A stretch of 64,000 bases of DNA, taken from the NCBI GenBank assembly GCA_008632985.1, contig QPGO01000035.1, positions 359,899-423,898 of the forward strand, read 5' to 3'. Every line of letters starts with the position of its first letter. Within the stretch, counting starts at the first letter, position 1. This document shows positions 40,501 through 52,198 of this stretch, one piece after another. Below the pieces are notes generated by a model. It was not told the DNA's origin and searched no databases. It was given only the letters and a program-made list of their open reading frames with translations. The stretch is from Psammoneis japonica (Eukaryota). Both the position numbers and the translations under genes were made by a program.

Positions 40501-41949
40501 ACAGAATATTTGCTCGAAGCTGGGCGACACCGTCTCGTCGATCCCACTCGGCGCAACATTCGGACCCAGATGATGATAATGGAATAGGAGACTATCGACG
40601 CACGATATCCGGAAGGGCCGGGAAGATAGTCGAACAGAGTCCTGGTGCTGGCCTCGGAGAAACAAGTTCTGATTCACGTGGTTGCCAGACTCTTACTGAG
40701 TATGTAAACGAGAATGGGTTTCGGCCTCGAGTGCCACCTACACTCAAAGAATTGTTGAAGCCTCACGAGCAAATCATAGGTGAAACACAGTCGTCGGGGA
40801 ATGGTGCGCCTTCAGGTAAAGTGCTCGATGAGTTTTGAGTACAATGCATTTTCCATAATCTCACTGACTTCATTCTTAGAAAGCACTGCAGGAGAAAAGG
40901 AGGGAAATGCAGCATTGACACCTTTGTTCATCGGAAGTCTTGCTGATGACACTTCGCCTTGTGATGAATATATTCGATATGCGAAGCCACCGTCAAAGCT
41001 GTCTGATGGCAGACCGAAGCCCTACAAAAGAAAGACCTACAAGGAGTTCTCTAGGTGCCTGCGAGACACCACACTCAATCACGATGATGTTGCAGGTATT
41101 CGAAAGGTAATATGAGATAGCTCGAACCTCGATTTGTCGTACAACGTAGATCTTGCTGCTTGCGTTGCTGATTCTTTCTTCTGTTCGCAGCTCGCTGAAT
41201 CGGCACACGTTGGGAAAACCATCAAGAGCGGTCCTTTCCGAGGACTTGCTCAATCTGAATCAGCAGTGGAAGTTACGACAGTGATTCACGAGCAGTTCAG
41301 TCTCTTGAAGAACGTTAAGTCGAATACCGAGTCGTCGACCTGGGAGTTCAAACCGGTGGAGGAAGAACTGGAACGCCGTGGCTTTGGCACAGCTGGCGTA
41401 AAGGAAACTGTGGCTGAAGGTTGGAATCACATTGCCACCGCGGAGCAACACTACTCAGAGATTCTCGATACATCTCAGTCTGGTTGTAGGCGAAGCGACC
41501 TAACAACCGAGGATTCCATGAAGCTTTACTGCTCTTTCTTCGAACCTGATTCTTTGCTACCTACATCTGGAGTTGCTTACATGTTGGGTGAGAAAGCTGG
41601 AACAACGGACGCATCCCCGGCTGATGCATCTGTGACGGAAAGCAATAGACGCTTGCAGAGCACTACGCATCAACAGGATACCGTTGCTACCAGTGACTTT
41701 GTTAAGAAAGCTTCAGAAATGGGAATATCAATAGCATCACACGCAGCCACCAAGAAATCTCAATCGCCTGCCCTCTTTTCGTTCAATCGCGTGCGCAACG
41801 TACCAGCAGGCTTCGAGCAAATTAACGATGATCTCTTCGCAAGAAAAGATAACAAGTTCATGGTCTTGAATGGAGCCGGAGTAGATTCATGGAACGGAAC
41901 TCTTCCAATTACAAAGTTGTCAGCAATCGAAGATGTCATTCTTAAATGA
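37506..41949 (+). CDS. FIG4: SAC-domain phosphoinositide phosphatase, FIG4-like; exons 37506-38297, 38381-38855, 38935-39583, 39677-39920, 39999-40815, 40880-41106, 41191-41949 (start codon uncertain)
   Basis: ARRSRHFAGTRYLKRG..G.VANDVE.EQI, QVRGSIP, spliced catalytic RTNCIDCLDRTN (CX5R), ALQYGGS, RYYSNAFTD..KQDAMNLFLG. Canonical GT-AG introns keep the frame. Confidence 0.9.
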
Positions 41950-42279
41950 GACGAAATTGCTATAGAAGTAGTGTTTTGATTTAGCTACAATCGTAGAGGA
42001 CCGGAGCTGAACTTCCAACCTTGCCTTATCAATTTCAAATTACAGTAGCCAACCGCGGGCGCGCGCATCGAGTGCGCATCAGCCGTTAAAACTGATCCGT
42101 TCAACGCTCGCACCGCAAGCAAGGAACTCACAAACTCCAAAACTCCGTCACAAAATTCACGATGCATGCCGCAAGTGGGAACTGTGGCAACAATTACAAG
42201 GCAATCAAACTCTTTATCAGTCCAATACCCTGTGAAGATTGTCAACTAGTTCTGATGGCTAGTAGCTAGGCATTATAAC

Positions 42280-43359
42280 ATGCGATTGATTTTGTTATTA
42301 TTTGTACTTGTGTACTCGATTGTTTCTTTGAGATCGTACATGGATACTGCTGAATTGTTTGCCATTGAACCATTTCAAGAATCGCGAAGAGAAGAAACTT
42401 CATCAACTGATCTTTCTCTGGATCAACTGATGGATGATTACTCTGAAGAAAAAGACAGGTGCAATAATAGAAGCGATGCGGCAATAATGGAGAACGTCGT
42501 TCTGCCCACTGACATTACTCATTCCGGCAGAAAGATTCCTCGTGTGATTCATCTCACATCCAAAACGCGTTGCATGGCACAGTTGATCCACGACAATCTC
42601 TCCTTGTGGAAATTTGAGAACCATTCCGTCTACTTTCATGACGATGCAGCAGTCGACAAGTTGCTTTCGAGAGACTGGCCCGAGTTTCCGTATCTAAAGC
42701 TAGTCGTTGACAGCTGTCTCGTGTCTGGAGCTGCATTAGCAGATTTGTGGAGATATTTGATCTTGTGGGAGTACGGTGGGATATATAGTGACATTGACAA
42801 TGCTCCGGGCCAAAATCTTTTGAATGGCACTGCAATTGGCCCACAGGATGATGCCTATTTTCTGCAAGAGTGGGGAGGATTCTTATCGCAGTACTTCATG
42901 GCTGTTTCACCAAGGCATCCTCTCATGTTTGCCTCAGTCACATCCACACTGCTACGTTTGCTCAATGTTGGGGATGTTGGAAATCAGTATGTTCCTAGGG
43001 TAACAGGTCCAGGAGCTTTGATGCAAGGTTTTCACCTATTCACACAAAAGTTTGATCCTCAACATCATAAACCGCTGGCGGGACTATACACCGGCCTTGG
43101 AAATCGAACTGTCACTGTCGTAGGTCAACGTACCACTTGCAATGAATGGGTGCATCGAAGTGTTTTTGGAGGAAAAGCCAAGCACATGGCATGGGACATA
43201 TCGGGAATGACGATCTATCACGCACAACGCAAAAAAAGTAACGAATCTTGTGCCGAGGCACTCAATGCGCTTGTCAGAACGAGATTGAAAGACACGCTGA
43301 CCAGTCAGGAGTTTTCCGGTCAAAACTTTACTTTCCAAGGGGCATTCATCATTTCATGA
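42280..43359 (+). CDS. Glycosyltransferase family 32 (DXD sugar-binding), with N-terminal signal anchor
   Basis: KIPRVIH, ADLWRYLILWEYGGIYSDID, VTGPGAL; hydrophobic N-terminus. Confidence 0.88.
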   Translation: MRLILLLFVLVYSIVSLRSYMDTAELFAIEPFQESRREETSSTDLSLDQLMDDYSEEKDRCNNRSDAAIMENVVLPTDITHSGRKIPRVIHLTSKTRCMAQLIHDNLSLWKFENHSVYFHDDAAVDKLLSRDWPEFPYLKLVVDSCLVSGAALADLWRYLILWEYGGIYSDIDNAPGQNLLNGTAIGPQDDAYFLQEWGGFLSQYFMAVSPRHPLMFASVTSTLLRLLNVGDVGNQYVPRVTGPGALMQGFHLFTQKFDPQHHKPLAGLYTGLGNRTVTVVGQRTTCNEWVHRSVFGGKAKHMAWDISGMTIYHAQRKKSNESCAEALNALVRTRLKDTLTSQEFSGQNFTFQGAFIIS

Positions 43360-43501
43360 AAGCATTTTTTCTTGACATTCACAAGAACCTTTTAATAACT
43401 TTTACGTGTGTGAGAGGTGACGTGCAATCAGCGAGGCATAGCTGACCGTGCATGTAGGGCCCTAGAGGTCTACTGAATTGGGCGAGGATTGACGAGCTTG
43501 G

Positions 43502-45937
43502 CTATGACAGCCAATTCATGATAACGCCCGGACCAGACTGTCGCAATTCTTCGGCCATGTCCGCAAGCTCGTCCAGGGTGCTGGGCTCTCTGTAATTGTT
43601 GGTGTATTCCGTTCCTACTGTTTCGTCATCGTCATAATCACTGTCAGACCCTGGTGTCCTGTGCCTACTGGTAGTCGAAGAAGCTGTTTTCTTTCTTCCT
43701 GACTTTCGACGTCTACTCCTTCGTCGAGAACGGCCTTCATCCACACTACTGTCGCCAGTGTAGTCAGTCGTCCTTGTTCCAACGGCGTTGGAATACCCCG
43801 TAACGCCGGTATCATGCGTGGCATACGTATCATCGTTCGTTTCAAATGTTGCACCTGTCATTCGTGATGAATAGGTGTAGTCATCATCGGACTGCTCAGC
43901 TTGAGTCGATGTATCATCGTACCTCTGGTAGCTTCGAGAACCACCAGTATACTGCGTCGATGTATCATCGTACCTCCGGTAGCTTCGAGAATCATTTGTA
44001 TACGCCCTCGAGTCATAAGTATCGTAGCCAATCGACGCGTCCGTTTGGTCGGCTTGAGGTGAAGAATCAACGGTATGCGCCCTTGAGTCAAATGTATCGT
44101 AGCCAATCGACGCGTCCGTCTGGTCTCTTGATTCTGCCGCGCTGACATCCGCAGACAATTCAACGGGCTTCGCTTGTTCTGTATGTCCCATGCCGTTTGG
44201 AGTATGCAAGCCAAAACCCTCAGCACTGGACGAAAAGACACTGGGGACGTCTCTTGTCATGGTGCTTACAGTGAGATCATCCGTGACGCTGGGAGGGTCA
44301 GCTTCCCGCCACAGTCCCGCAAGGAACTTATTGGAAAGAAGGGCTTCATCGTTTTCGACACTTGTGTTTCCCGTGCTTGCTGCGTCCATTCTTGACATTC
44401 CTCTACTATCCAACTCAGCGTCTTCGTACACGGCTTCGAGCTCTGTTTCACCGGAAGGACTCATTGTTGGCACGAAACGCATGGTCCGTGCCTTCTCGTC
44501 GGGGTTCCTCAGACTCATCGATTCCGAGTCTGTTTCAGAATTCTCCGTGAAAGAATCACTAAAGTATATACTACTATCTCGCTCTTGCAACTTCTCGTCA
44601 ATCTCGTCAAACGCTTCTAGAATGTTCTTGTCATTCATTCCCGCTGCATAATTCCTCATTGACTCGGCGAAAACCTTCCTCGGGTGGCCGGCTTTCTCTG
44701 TTAGCATGCTGCTTGTAGTGATCAACGGAACCAACGAGGCTTTAACGTCAGTTTTCCTGGTTGACGACTCCTTCAAAAATGGTTGGTGCATATCTGGTGT
44801 GCTTTCAGCCTCATACTGTGCTTCCGACTCTACCTGTTGAACATCGAAATCTTGACTGTTCTGGGATGAGTCGTCTGAAGTCGCTTCCGACTCTGATCCC
44901 GTGGATTCGAGATCGACAATCTCGTCTGCCTCAACGGTTACATCTAAATCGATTGGCTCCGAATTCCTCTCATTGCTGATTTCAAAGTTGTTGTTGCCAA
45001 ACGCTGTATCAGTCACCGGATCCAAGTCCTCGAAAGATTTCAATCCATTTTCAGACGACACATCGACAGACGAAGGTCCGAACTGAGACCAGTTGTTGTC
45101 GGTATCAGAATCACGAGAAGATGCCGGCGGGCCAGAAACCAGGTCTCGTGGCTCTGCGACCTGATCGTTATTGTCGCTCATGGGCGTTTCGATGCTATCG
45201 ATCATATCCTGAATTCTCGTGACTTCATGCTCAAGCTTCTGAATCTCTTCTTCGGCAACGAATGTGGGCCCACCATCGGACATGTCCGATGGTAAGAGAT
45301 CTTCTGGCTCCACCGCAACATGGCTCTTCTCGATTGAGTCGCCTACATAATCAATCGTTAAAAAAGACGGTGCAGCAACACCAGTGGCCTCTTCTTCGTT
45401 ATCATTGGGCTTCTCCTCCACAATAAGCTCCGGGCCATCACGGCGGGGCGATACCTCAACCTCAACACCATCCTCCTCCATTTCAACTGAAACTCGCGAA
45501 GCGGATGATTCATCAAAGGAAAAATTAGTTTCTTTGCTCTTGTTGATCTCTTCATCGTTGTGCTGCCTCCCTTTAGTCAACTGCCTTCTCGATCTTGCAA
45601 TCGGCATTGGAAGCTCTTCGACTGGTTTGGCCTCGAAGCACGCCCATCCCTCGTTTGTGGTAGGGCTAATCTTCTTCTCTTCGACGACCTCCTTTATCGA
45701 GTCAGTCTCTTGAGATTCAGTCTCCTCATATTTAGATTTAGAGTCAATTGCAGAGACCTCTCGGGGAGCCGGAGCTTTGTACGCACCATTGTCGATTACC
45801 GGCGTGATTTTCGGGGGAGTTTCTGCAGATGAGACATTGTTAGACTTTGATTCTTTTGCTGCCTTCTTTTTCTCCGAATTCTTGAAGGGATTACGAAGCT
45901 TGAACTTCTTTTTCTTCTTGTCTTCCTTCATTGCCAT
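43502..45937 (-). CDS. Hypothetical acidic, Ser/Thr-rich, probably disordered protein (811 aa)
   Basis: Long single ORF in normal-composition DNA; basic N-terminus; internal repeats DQTDASIGYDT x2 and RSY.RYDDTSTQ x2. Confidence 0.75.
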   Translation of the reverse strand: MAMKEDKKKKKFKLRNPFKNSEKKKAAKESKSNNVSSAETPPKITPVIDNGAYKAPAPREVSAIDSKSKYEETESQETDSIKEVVEEKKISPTTNEGWACFEAKPVEELPMPIARSRRQLTKGRQHNDEEINKSKETNFSFDESSASRVSVEMEEDGVEVEVSPRRDGPELIVEEKPNDNEEEATGVAAPSFLTIDYVGDSIEKSHVAVEPEDLLPSDMSDGGPTFVAEEEIQKLEHEVTRIQDMIDSIETPMSDNNDQVAEPRDLVSGPPASSRDSDTDNNWSQFGPSSVDVSSENGLKSFEDLDPVTDTAFGNNNFEISNERNSEPIDLDVTVEADEIVDLESTGSESEATSDDSSQNSQDFDVQQVESEAQYEAESTPDMHQPFLKESSTRKTDVKASLVPLITTSSMLTEKAGHPRKVFAESMRNYAAGMNDKNILEAFDEIDEKLQERDSSIYFSDSFTENSETDSESMSLRNPDEKARTMRFVPTMSPSGETELEAVYEDAELDSRGMSRMDAASTGNTSVENDEALLSNKFLAGLWREADPPSVTDDLTVSTMTRDVPSVFSSSAEGFGLHTPNGMGHTEQAKPVELSADVSAAESRDQTDASIGYDTFDSRAHTVDSSPQADQTDASIGYDTYDSRAYTNDSRSYRRYDDTSTQYTGGSRSYQRYDDTSTQAEQSDDDYTYSSRMTGATFETNDDTYATHDTGVTGYSNAVGTRTTDYTGDSSVDEGRSRRRSRRRKSGRKKTASSTTSRHRTPGSDSDYDDDETVGTEYTNNYREPSTLDELADMAEELRQSGPGVIMNWLS

Positions 45938-47236
45938 GGTGGAAAACAGTTAATATGGCAATAATCAGCCATGCAATGATGTGCAAATTTCATCACCAAC
46001 GATCGCTTCACACGAAAGCGGGCCAAAGAAGTGTGCCCGGAACGACCATTGGAAATTGACATGAATGTCTATGGGAAAATGATACCACTCAGAACTGAAT
46101 ATGTTTCAACCTAATATAAATATTTATATCCTTTTAGTACATATCTATGTATGACAGTTTATATTGAATAGAAAGAGCATGATGTCATTCAAAAAATCCA
46201 AAATATATCCATTAATTAGGGTTGATATCAAGCTAAATAATATTCTGTCAACTCCGACGATTGGCAGTTGAGAATTCATACTTATCTTGAAACTGATTAT
46301 ATCTAACTTTCCAAATATTTTGTGGAAAGTGCCGACCCATTTTTTGGCCTTTGGGAAAAACGGAAATCGATGTGATGATGACCACTCTCTCTCTATCATA
46401 AGAGCAGAGTCTGAGAGAGTAGTGCCCTATGTACGGAACTACAATAGAGGAGCAGGGATAGTAACTATGGAACGCCAAGCTCACTATTGGGACGGGACAT
46501 TGATGGAGGTCGTCAAGCAATTAATCACCGTGCTTTGCAATGAGTTGGAACATTTCTTGACTGCTGTTCTTGCCACTGATTTATTCAGCTCCCATTCTAC
46601 TGTAGTGAGCTAAGCTGCGATTACAGAAGCCGTCGAATTTCTTCGATTTTTCTCCCGTGCTTGCCATTGTTTCCCGCCCTCGCATTGGCTTTTTTGGCTT
46701 TCCAAAAAACGTAATGGCTGACCTCGCTCCGAAAATTTATGATGGCATGGAAGGATGCTCAGTCGTGTCTTGCAATGGAACGTTAAAGATTTCCGTTAAA
46801 AATTATATAGTTTGTCTAACGTTGATAACGTTCATTATGTCACAATGTGATAGTCACTGATGTGTGAAACGACGGTACAGTAGAGCAGGCAGCTTCAATT
46901 TTGCCAAAAACTCGCACCACGCTAACACCACGCACAACATTCTCGTTGCTGCATGGTCTCTATTAGGAGTAAGAAAGTTCTTGACAAGCACACGCGAGTT
47001 GCTCCTCTCCGCCAGTCGAGCACATCAACCACTGCCGGCGAAGCCACATACGTTGCATTAATTTGAGTGTTCTGTCACTTTTCCACACTTAAATTTGTTG
47101 AGAAAAACGCGGGAAAACCTGTCATAGTTCGTTGTTGTTTCGGCTTTTCCTGTGAAGTTGTCGTGATCTGACCGAATCCGACTCATTTGCAATACAGAAA
47201 CCGTTTGCTAGTAACATAATCAAGACACGCTCAACC

Positions 47237-48220
47237 ATGAAGAAATTTCGAATTGGAAAGAAGAACAAGCAGCACGATGCATTTAGTGACGGCGAGACGA
47301 CTCAATGCGGAAGTCAAGTTCCACTCTTTACGAGCGGACGAGCGTCTGACGCGAGTGTAGCAACGTCAGTCATCAAACCAACAACGGTCCCAATACCAAA
47401 ACGAAAACGAAGTCTCTTGGGAAGAATGAAGCGATCACGAAGCTCTTCCCAAAAAGTAACAAAGCTTCCATCGCCTCCAGAGGATGATGAATCATGGGTT
47501 CAACCGTGGCCAGATGTTTCCATGGAAGCACCGACCGAATCGACCGTGTCGACAAAACAGTCTATGGAAGAGAAACAACAAGACTCGCCACAACGCAGTG
47601 TTGGTGGAGTGTCTATTCCTGTTGCAGCTCATTTTCCGTTTGGCGACACGTCAAATAATGCTGGTGATGTTTTGATTTCTTCTTGGCTCAACGATGCAAC
47701 TAGTCCAGTAGTAGCAGGTGAGGAAGAAACCGATAATATGGACCGAGCAACGCTGACTTCTGTGGATGATAATTCTACCCTATCGTCACGAGGCACTGGA
47801 GGATCGCTCTATACGTACGCAACGGGCTTTTTTACGACAGAGGCCTCTAGCTACGCGACTCCTTCGACGTATTTACGTAGCAAATCGGAGCCAGAAGATT
47901 CGTCCCATTACATGACCGACAGCACGGACTGCAACAGCATTGCTTATAGCCATAGCAGCATATCGGCTCCTTCATCCTTTCGAAAAGAAGAGATCCGGAG
48001 AAGCGCCAACGAACGGATCACAATGTACGAACGCGTCGTGCCCGAATCTGAAACCGAAGACAAGGCAGTCAAGGACAACGGCTGTAAAGATCCTTCGATT
48101 GGTGAAGTCATGTCGGATATTGGCGTGGTTGCGGAAGAGATTTTCCACGATGTTCGTGAATCCGTCTCTTGCATGGTGGACACGACCGCGGACACAGCTA
48201 AGAGTTCGAATTGTGTGTAA
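47237..48220 (+). CDS. Hypothetical Ser/Thr-rich protein (327 aa)
   Basis: ATG-initiated ORF in a gene island; no recognisable domain. Confidence 0.65.
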   Translation: MKKFRIGKKNKQHDAFSDGETTQCGSQVPLFTSGRASDASVATSVIKPTTVPIPKRKRSLLGRMKRSRSSSQKVTKLPSPPEDDESWVQPWPDVSMEAPTESTVSTKQSMEEKQQDSPQRSVGGVSIPVAAHFPFGDTSNNAGDVLISSWLNDATSPVVAGEEETDNMDRATLTSVDDNSTLSSRGTGGSLYTYATGFFTTEASSYATPSTYLRSKSEPEDSSHYMTDSTDCNSIAYSHSSISAPSSFRKEEIRRSANERITMYERVVPESETEDKAVKDNGCKDPSIGEVMSDIGVVAEEIFHDVRESVSCMVDTTADTAKSSNCV

Positions 48221-48280
48221 ATTATGTATTAAACTATATTTTACTTGTAAGACGCTGTCTTCGATATCAAGTCTCTCGGA

Positions 48281-48683
48281 CACGGTACTCTCTGCGAAAA
48301 CGACTGCGCTAGTGTTAGCCGCTGCTTAGCTAGGATGGGAGCTTCCTATTGGCCACCAGACTTGCTACTGGTCTTTCCCTAGGGCCTGAGGAATATCTCC
48401 ATAACTTAGTTTATTCTTTGATTAAGAACACGGACGGATCAAAGTCTGGGATAGGAAGAGTATCCGTCGGTTTACGTCTCCATGGTACTCTCTGCGATAA
48501 CGACTGCGCTATTGTTAGCCGCTGCCTCGCTAAGTTGGAACCCTCCTATTGGTCACCAGACTTTCTACTTGTTCTTCCGTAAGGTCTGAGGAATATCTCC
48601 ATAACTTAGTTTATTCTTTTTCTAGAAACACAGACGGATCAAAGTCTGGGATAGGCGGCGTATCCGTCGGTATATGTCTCCAT
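48281..48683. repeat. 200-bp tandem duplication of the mL40 3' coding end and 3' flank
   Basis: 48281-48480 aligns without gaps to 48481-48680; gaggaatatctccataacttagtttattcttt occurs in both. Confidence 0.93.
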
Positions 48684-49117
48684 TTGGGTGGCCCTACTGC
48701 ATCGGTGCTGAGCGCCGCCTCGACAAGAGCCTTGTTGTTTCGTGGCAACATGTTTATGGCGTGCTGCTTGAGCTTCAATTTGCACGTCAAGTCATGATTC
48801 AATTCGTTATGACGATTGAACTTTCCAATCACGTAATTGCGTCCAATCTCGTGGCGTCGTTGCATTTCTTCGGGCGATGCCGGTGGCGGTTTGGTAACGG
48901 GCGCATCCAAGGCAGCCAAGATCAATTCCAAATTCTTGTCGCGGCCTCGCTGTTCTTGATTCGATCCGGACTTCTTTCCACTCTTTTTGACCTTTTGGGT
49001 CTTTTTAGCACCCTCGGAACTAAACGATTGGGCAAACACTGCAGGAAAAGCGTGGCGCTGGGGCTTGCTCCGTAATACCAACATGCCAACTGATCGTTGC
49101 AGCTGTGCAGTCGACAT
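48611..49117 (-). CDS. Probable mitochondrial ribosomal protein mL40
   Basis: Presequence-like N-terminus; EEMQRR....Y, KQHAINMLP...LVEAA, PP..R.IPTDTPPIPDF resemble the mL40 (MRP-L28) family. Confidence 0.7.
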   Translation of the reverse strand: MSTAQLQRSVGMLVLRSKPQRHAFPAVFAQSFSSEGAKKTQKVKKSGKKSGSNQEQRGRDKNLELILAALDAPVTKPPPASPEEMQRRHEIGRNYVIGKFNRHNELNHDLTCKLKLKQHAINMLPRNNKALVEAALSTDAVGPPKWRHIPTDTPPIPDFDPSVFLEKE

Positions 49118-50520
49118 GGCAATTTTATTCTGAGATTGGAAAATGGAAAATTCTAACGCTCCCGTCAACGTGACAGGCTTTATATTTGCACTGATAAACG
49201 AGGTGAATGGTGATCAATCGGAGAGAGTAGTAACGGCCGTTGCAACGTCCAACGACTCCAACATCATGGCGCTACTCTACTGTAGAGTAGTAGGAGTAGA
49301 TAAATACCGTAGACTCTCGCCCGTGTACCGTAGGCCTAGGTAGAGACTAGGGCCCTAATGTTTCTCGCTTGTCGCTCTGGGACTTCAGACTGATGACGCA
49401 CTGACGAAAAGAGTTTTGACGCGCGGCGCGCGCTCGCTGCGCGTGGCGCACGGACAGACCATCGGCAAACTGTTGAACGAAGCGAGCGACCGAGCGAACG
49501 TCATCTCTGATTCACGGCTCTGTTTACAAAAGACGGGGAGCCAACAATGTTGCCCCATTTGGCTGCCCTGATGGCCATGAGCACTTCATGTCAAGACTCG
49601 GACAAGTCTGTCTCGGAATCAAATTGTTGAATGTCGTGAATCCAGCACAATGTCGCCTCAATCTCTTGGCCGATTGCTGTTTTTTTGGGTGGAATTCAGC
49701 CGAATGGCTCTTGTTTTGCATCATTTTTCCTGAATTTCACTGTGAAAACAGCAAGCCACAAGTCTGTGATGGATGTGGCCTGTCTTCAAACTCTCGTTCA
49801 TTTTGTGCTCTCCTTGTGCATCAGCAAAGACATTGCGCACATCAACAGTTTGAAGACGGCAAGCCAGGTTCTTGAGAAATGTCAATGATTGTTGTCATTG
49901 TCATGCTTTGATCACAGTGCATGATGTTTTTGCTTTCATGCACAATCAGCGATTGGGTGTGAACAACAAAAACGGTTTTTGCATTGAAAAAAAAACAGAC
50001 AATGATGGCTTGTTCCAGACTTGCGGCAGGTGTGCTCACGCACAAAAAAATGACCCTTTTTGCATGGCATGTGTGGCACATGGGTCACTGCATGGCCGAC
50101 TTTTGTTTCTGACTCACCAGAACAACAATTCTCTCCTGCTGGCATGCGCGCGGACACCGTGTGCAGAGGAACACGCAGGGTGAGTGCGAAACTGGAAAAC
50201 GGCCATCACTTGCACAGAAAAACACATCACAACAGCAACAAGAGAGCACTGTGAGCATGACCAGGTTTTTTGGGAGGTGACATCTCAACAAATTTTCCTC
50301 CAGCCAATTTTCTCACTTCTTGTTTTGTTTCTTCACACGTTTGTCTGACAAGGAATGACGCTTGCTTGGCTTCATTGCACGTCACGGGACTTCTTGTCAC
50401 TGGAGAAATCACTTTTGAAAGCTCACTTGAGTTGGATTTTTCAAGTGGATCAAGTTTGTTGAGCAATGCAGTGGGCTTGCATCATCAGTTTTTGGCTGAT
50501 TTTCCTGTTTGTTGTTTTAA

Positions 50521-50975
50521 CACAGCATCCACGGATTCACCAGGCAAAATTGGCAAAAGTCGGGCATGGCAACAAAAAGTGTGCATTTGGTCAAAATCGA
50601 TCATCGAGTGCAAATGGTGGCATCTTTAGGGTCCCTTTAGTGAGCCAAACTCACACATTTCTCATTTGACCATCATGGGTCTGTCTCATGACTGAAGGGT
50701 GTCAAAACGTTGTGCTTTGACACGTCTCGAGGATCAAACGTCATGCAGTGCACTCAGCTGTTGAGGTTGCACAAAATTGAAAATTCACACATTAAAGCAC
50801 GGCAGTTTGACACCCCCTGCAAGACGGACCTGTGATTGTCAGATGAGAAATGTGCATGTTTGGCTCACTGAAGGGACCCCAAAGATGCTGCCACCTGCAC
50901 TCAATGATCAACTTCAACCAAATGCACACTTTTTGCCATGCCTGGGTGTTGCCTGGTGAATCCGTGGATGTGGTG
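50521..50975. mobile_element. MITE-like foldback element with about 200-bp TIRs and TTAA TSD (piggyBac-type target site)
   Basis: ttaa at 50517-50520 and 50976-50979. Arm cac..catccacggattcaccaggcaa pairs with ttgcctggtgaatccgtggatg..gtg; spacer about 70 bp. Confidence 0.85.
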
Positions 50976-51905
50976 TTAAAAAATTTGGTGTTCATTTCAT
51001 CTTTCTTAAGGTGCAGTGGGTGTGGGAATTGTCAAATCAGCCATTCCATGTTCTGGGCTGAAGATTTGGACTTTGAATGAACGCAGATTTGATTCACTTG
51101 ATTTGGACTGGGTGAGCGTGATCACTGCGCTGCAGTTTGAGCCTCAATTTTTGACCAATTTTCTCAGTTCTTGTTTTGCTCTGCTTGCTCATTTGACATG
51201 GATTGTGACAGGCTTGGTTTTGTTCAGAGTCCTCAGACATCAGACTTGTCTCCAGTGGTGTCATTTTGAAAGTTCACTGAGTTAGATCTCAAGTTGAGCA
51301 GTTTGTCAAGTGATGCAGTGGGCTTGCATCATCATCAGTTTTCAGCCAATTTTCCCATTTCTTGTTTTGAAGTTGGCTTGTGTTTTGTCTTTGAGGTGCT
51401 GAGGTGTGGCAATTGTTGAGCTGTTCATTCCACGTTAAAGATGTGGAAGTGGGGTGTGTTTGAATTTGATGAGTTGGCGGGAAACAATCCAGACTGGGTT
51501 GGAGGCTGTGGCATCACCATCTGGTGCAGCTGCAACAAATTCAAGTGTTTGATTGATTCAATGCACTGATGTGCATGTCCTTGTCTGCCTGGGCAACATT
51601 GTGTGGAGTGTCATGGAACCAGCATGAAAAACACACACATTCAATCTCACCTGTGTTGATGGCTTCACAAACAATGCTTCTTTCTCTTCAACACCTCCAC
51701 AAATGGAGATGGCTTCTGCTTGGCTTCCTCCTTGCAAACAGCGCTCATTTCCTTGATGACAGTGGCCGCTGCCTTCTCTGGATTTGCCTCAGCTTGCAAT
51801 TTGATTGCATCCACAACTTTCTTGATTCTTGAGAAGTGCTGTGAGTCTTCCCCATCAAACCCCTTCCACCATGTGTGTTTGCAATCACACTCCATCCTCT
51901 TCAAC

Positions 51906-52181
51906 TGACAGGATTTGAACAGGATTTAGGTGCGCGCGAAGTGTCGCGCGCTGTTTAGTTTACCGTGCACAGTTTTGTGTGCTTTAGTTCCGCGCGTTCA
52001 CGCGCGATGTAGTTTGCTTTCGAGCCACAAGGCTCACAAGAATAACAACAGTAGCCCGATTATACCGACTCACACGTCTTTCGGCTCCTGTAACGGTCTC
52101 TGAGCGGAGACTCATCTGCTATTTAGACAGCAGTAAGGAGTTATTGTTTGAATTCTTGCCATTTGCCTTCAATTTCTGTCA
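51906..52181 (+). repeat. 5' LTR of copia copy 2 (retains the most TA sites of the four LTRs)
   Basis: TG...CA, 276 bp, direct repeat of 58737-59013. Confidence 0.97.
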
Positions 52182-52198
52182 GATTAACAGTCTTGCTC
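52182..52198 (+). promoter_or_regulatory. Putative primer-binding site, non-TGG (also at 34463-34479 on the minus strand)
   Basis: gattaacagtcttgctc lies directly after the 5' LTR. Its complement GACTGTTAATC resembles a tRNA-Asn(GTT) anticodon arm. Confidence 0.55.

Noticed and set aside
46085..47230. Short ORFs in the AT-rich stretch between divergent genes
   Set aside because: No motifs; more likely intergenic or promoter DNA.
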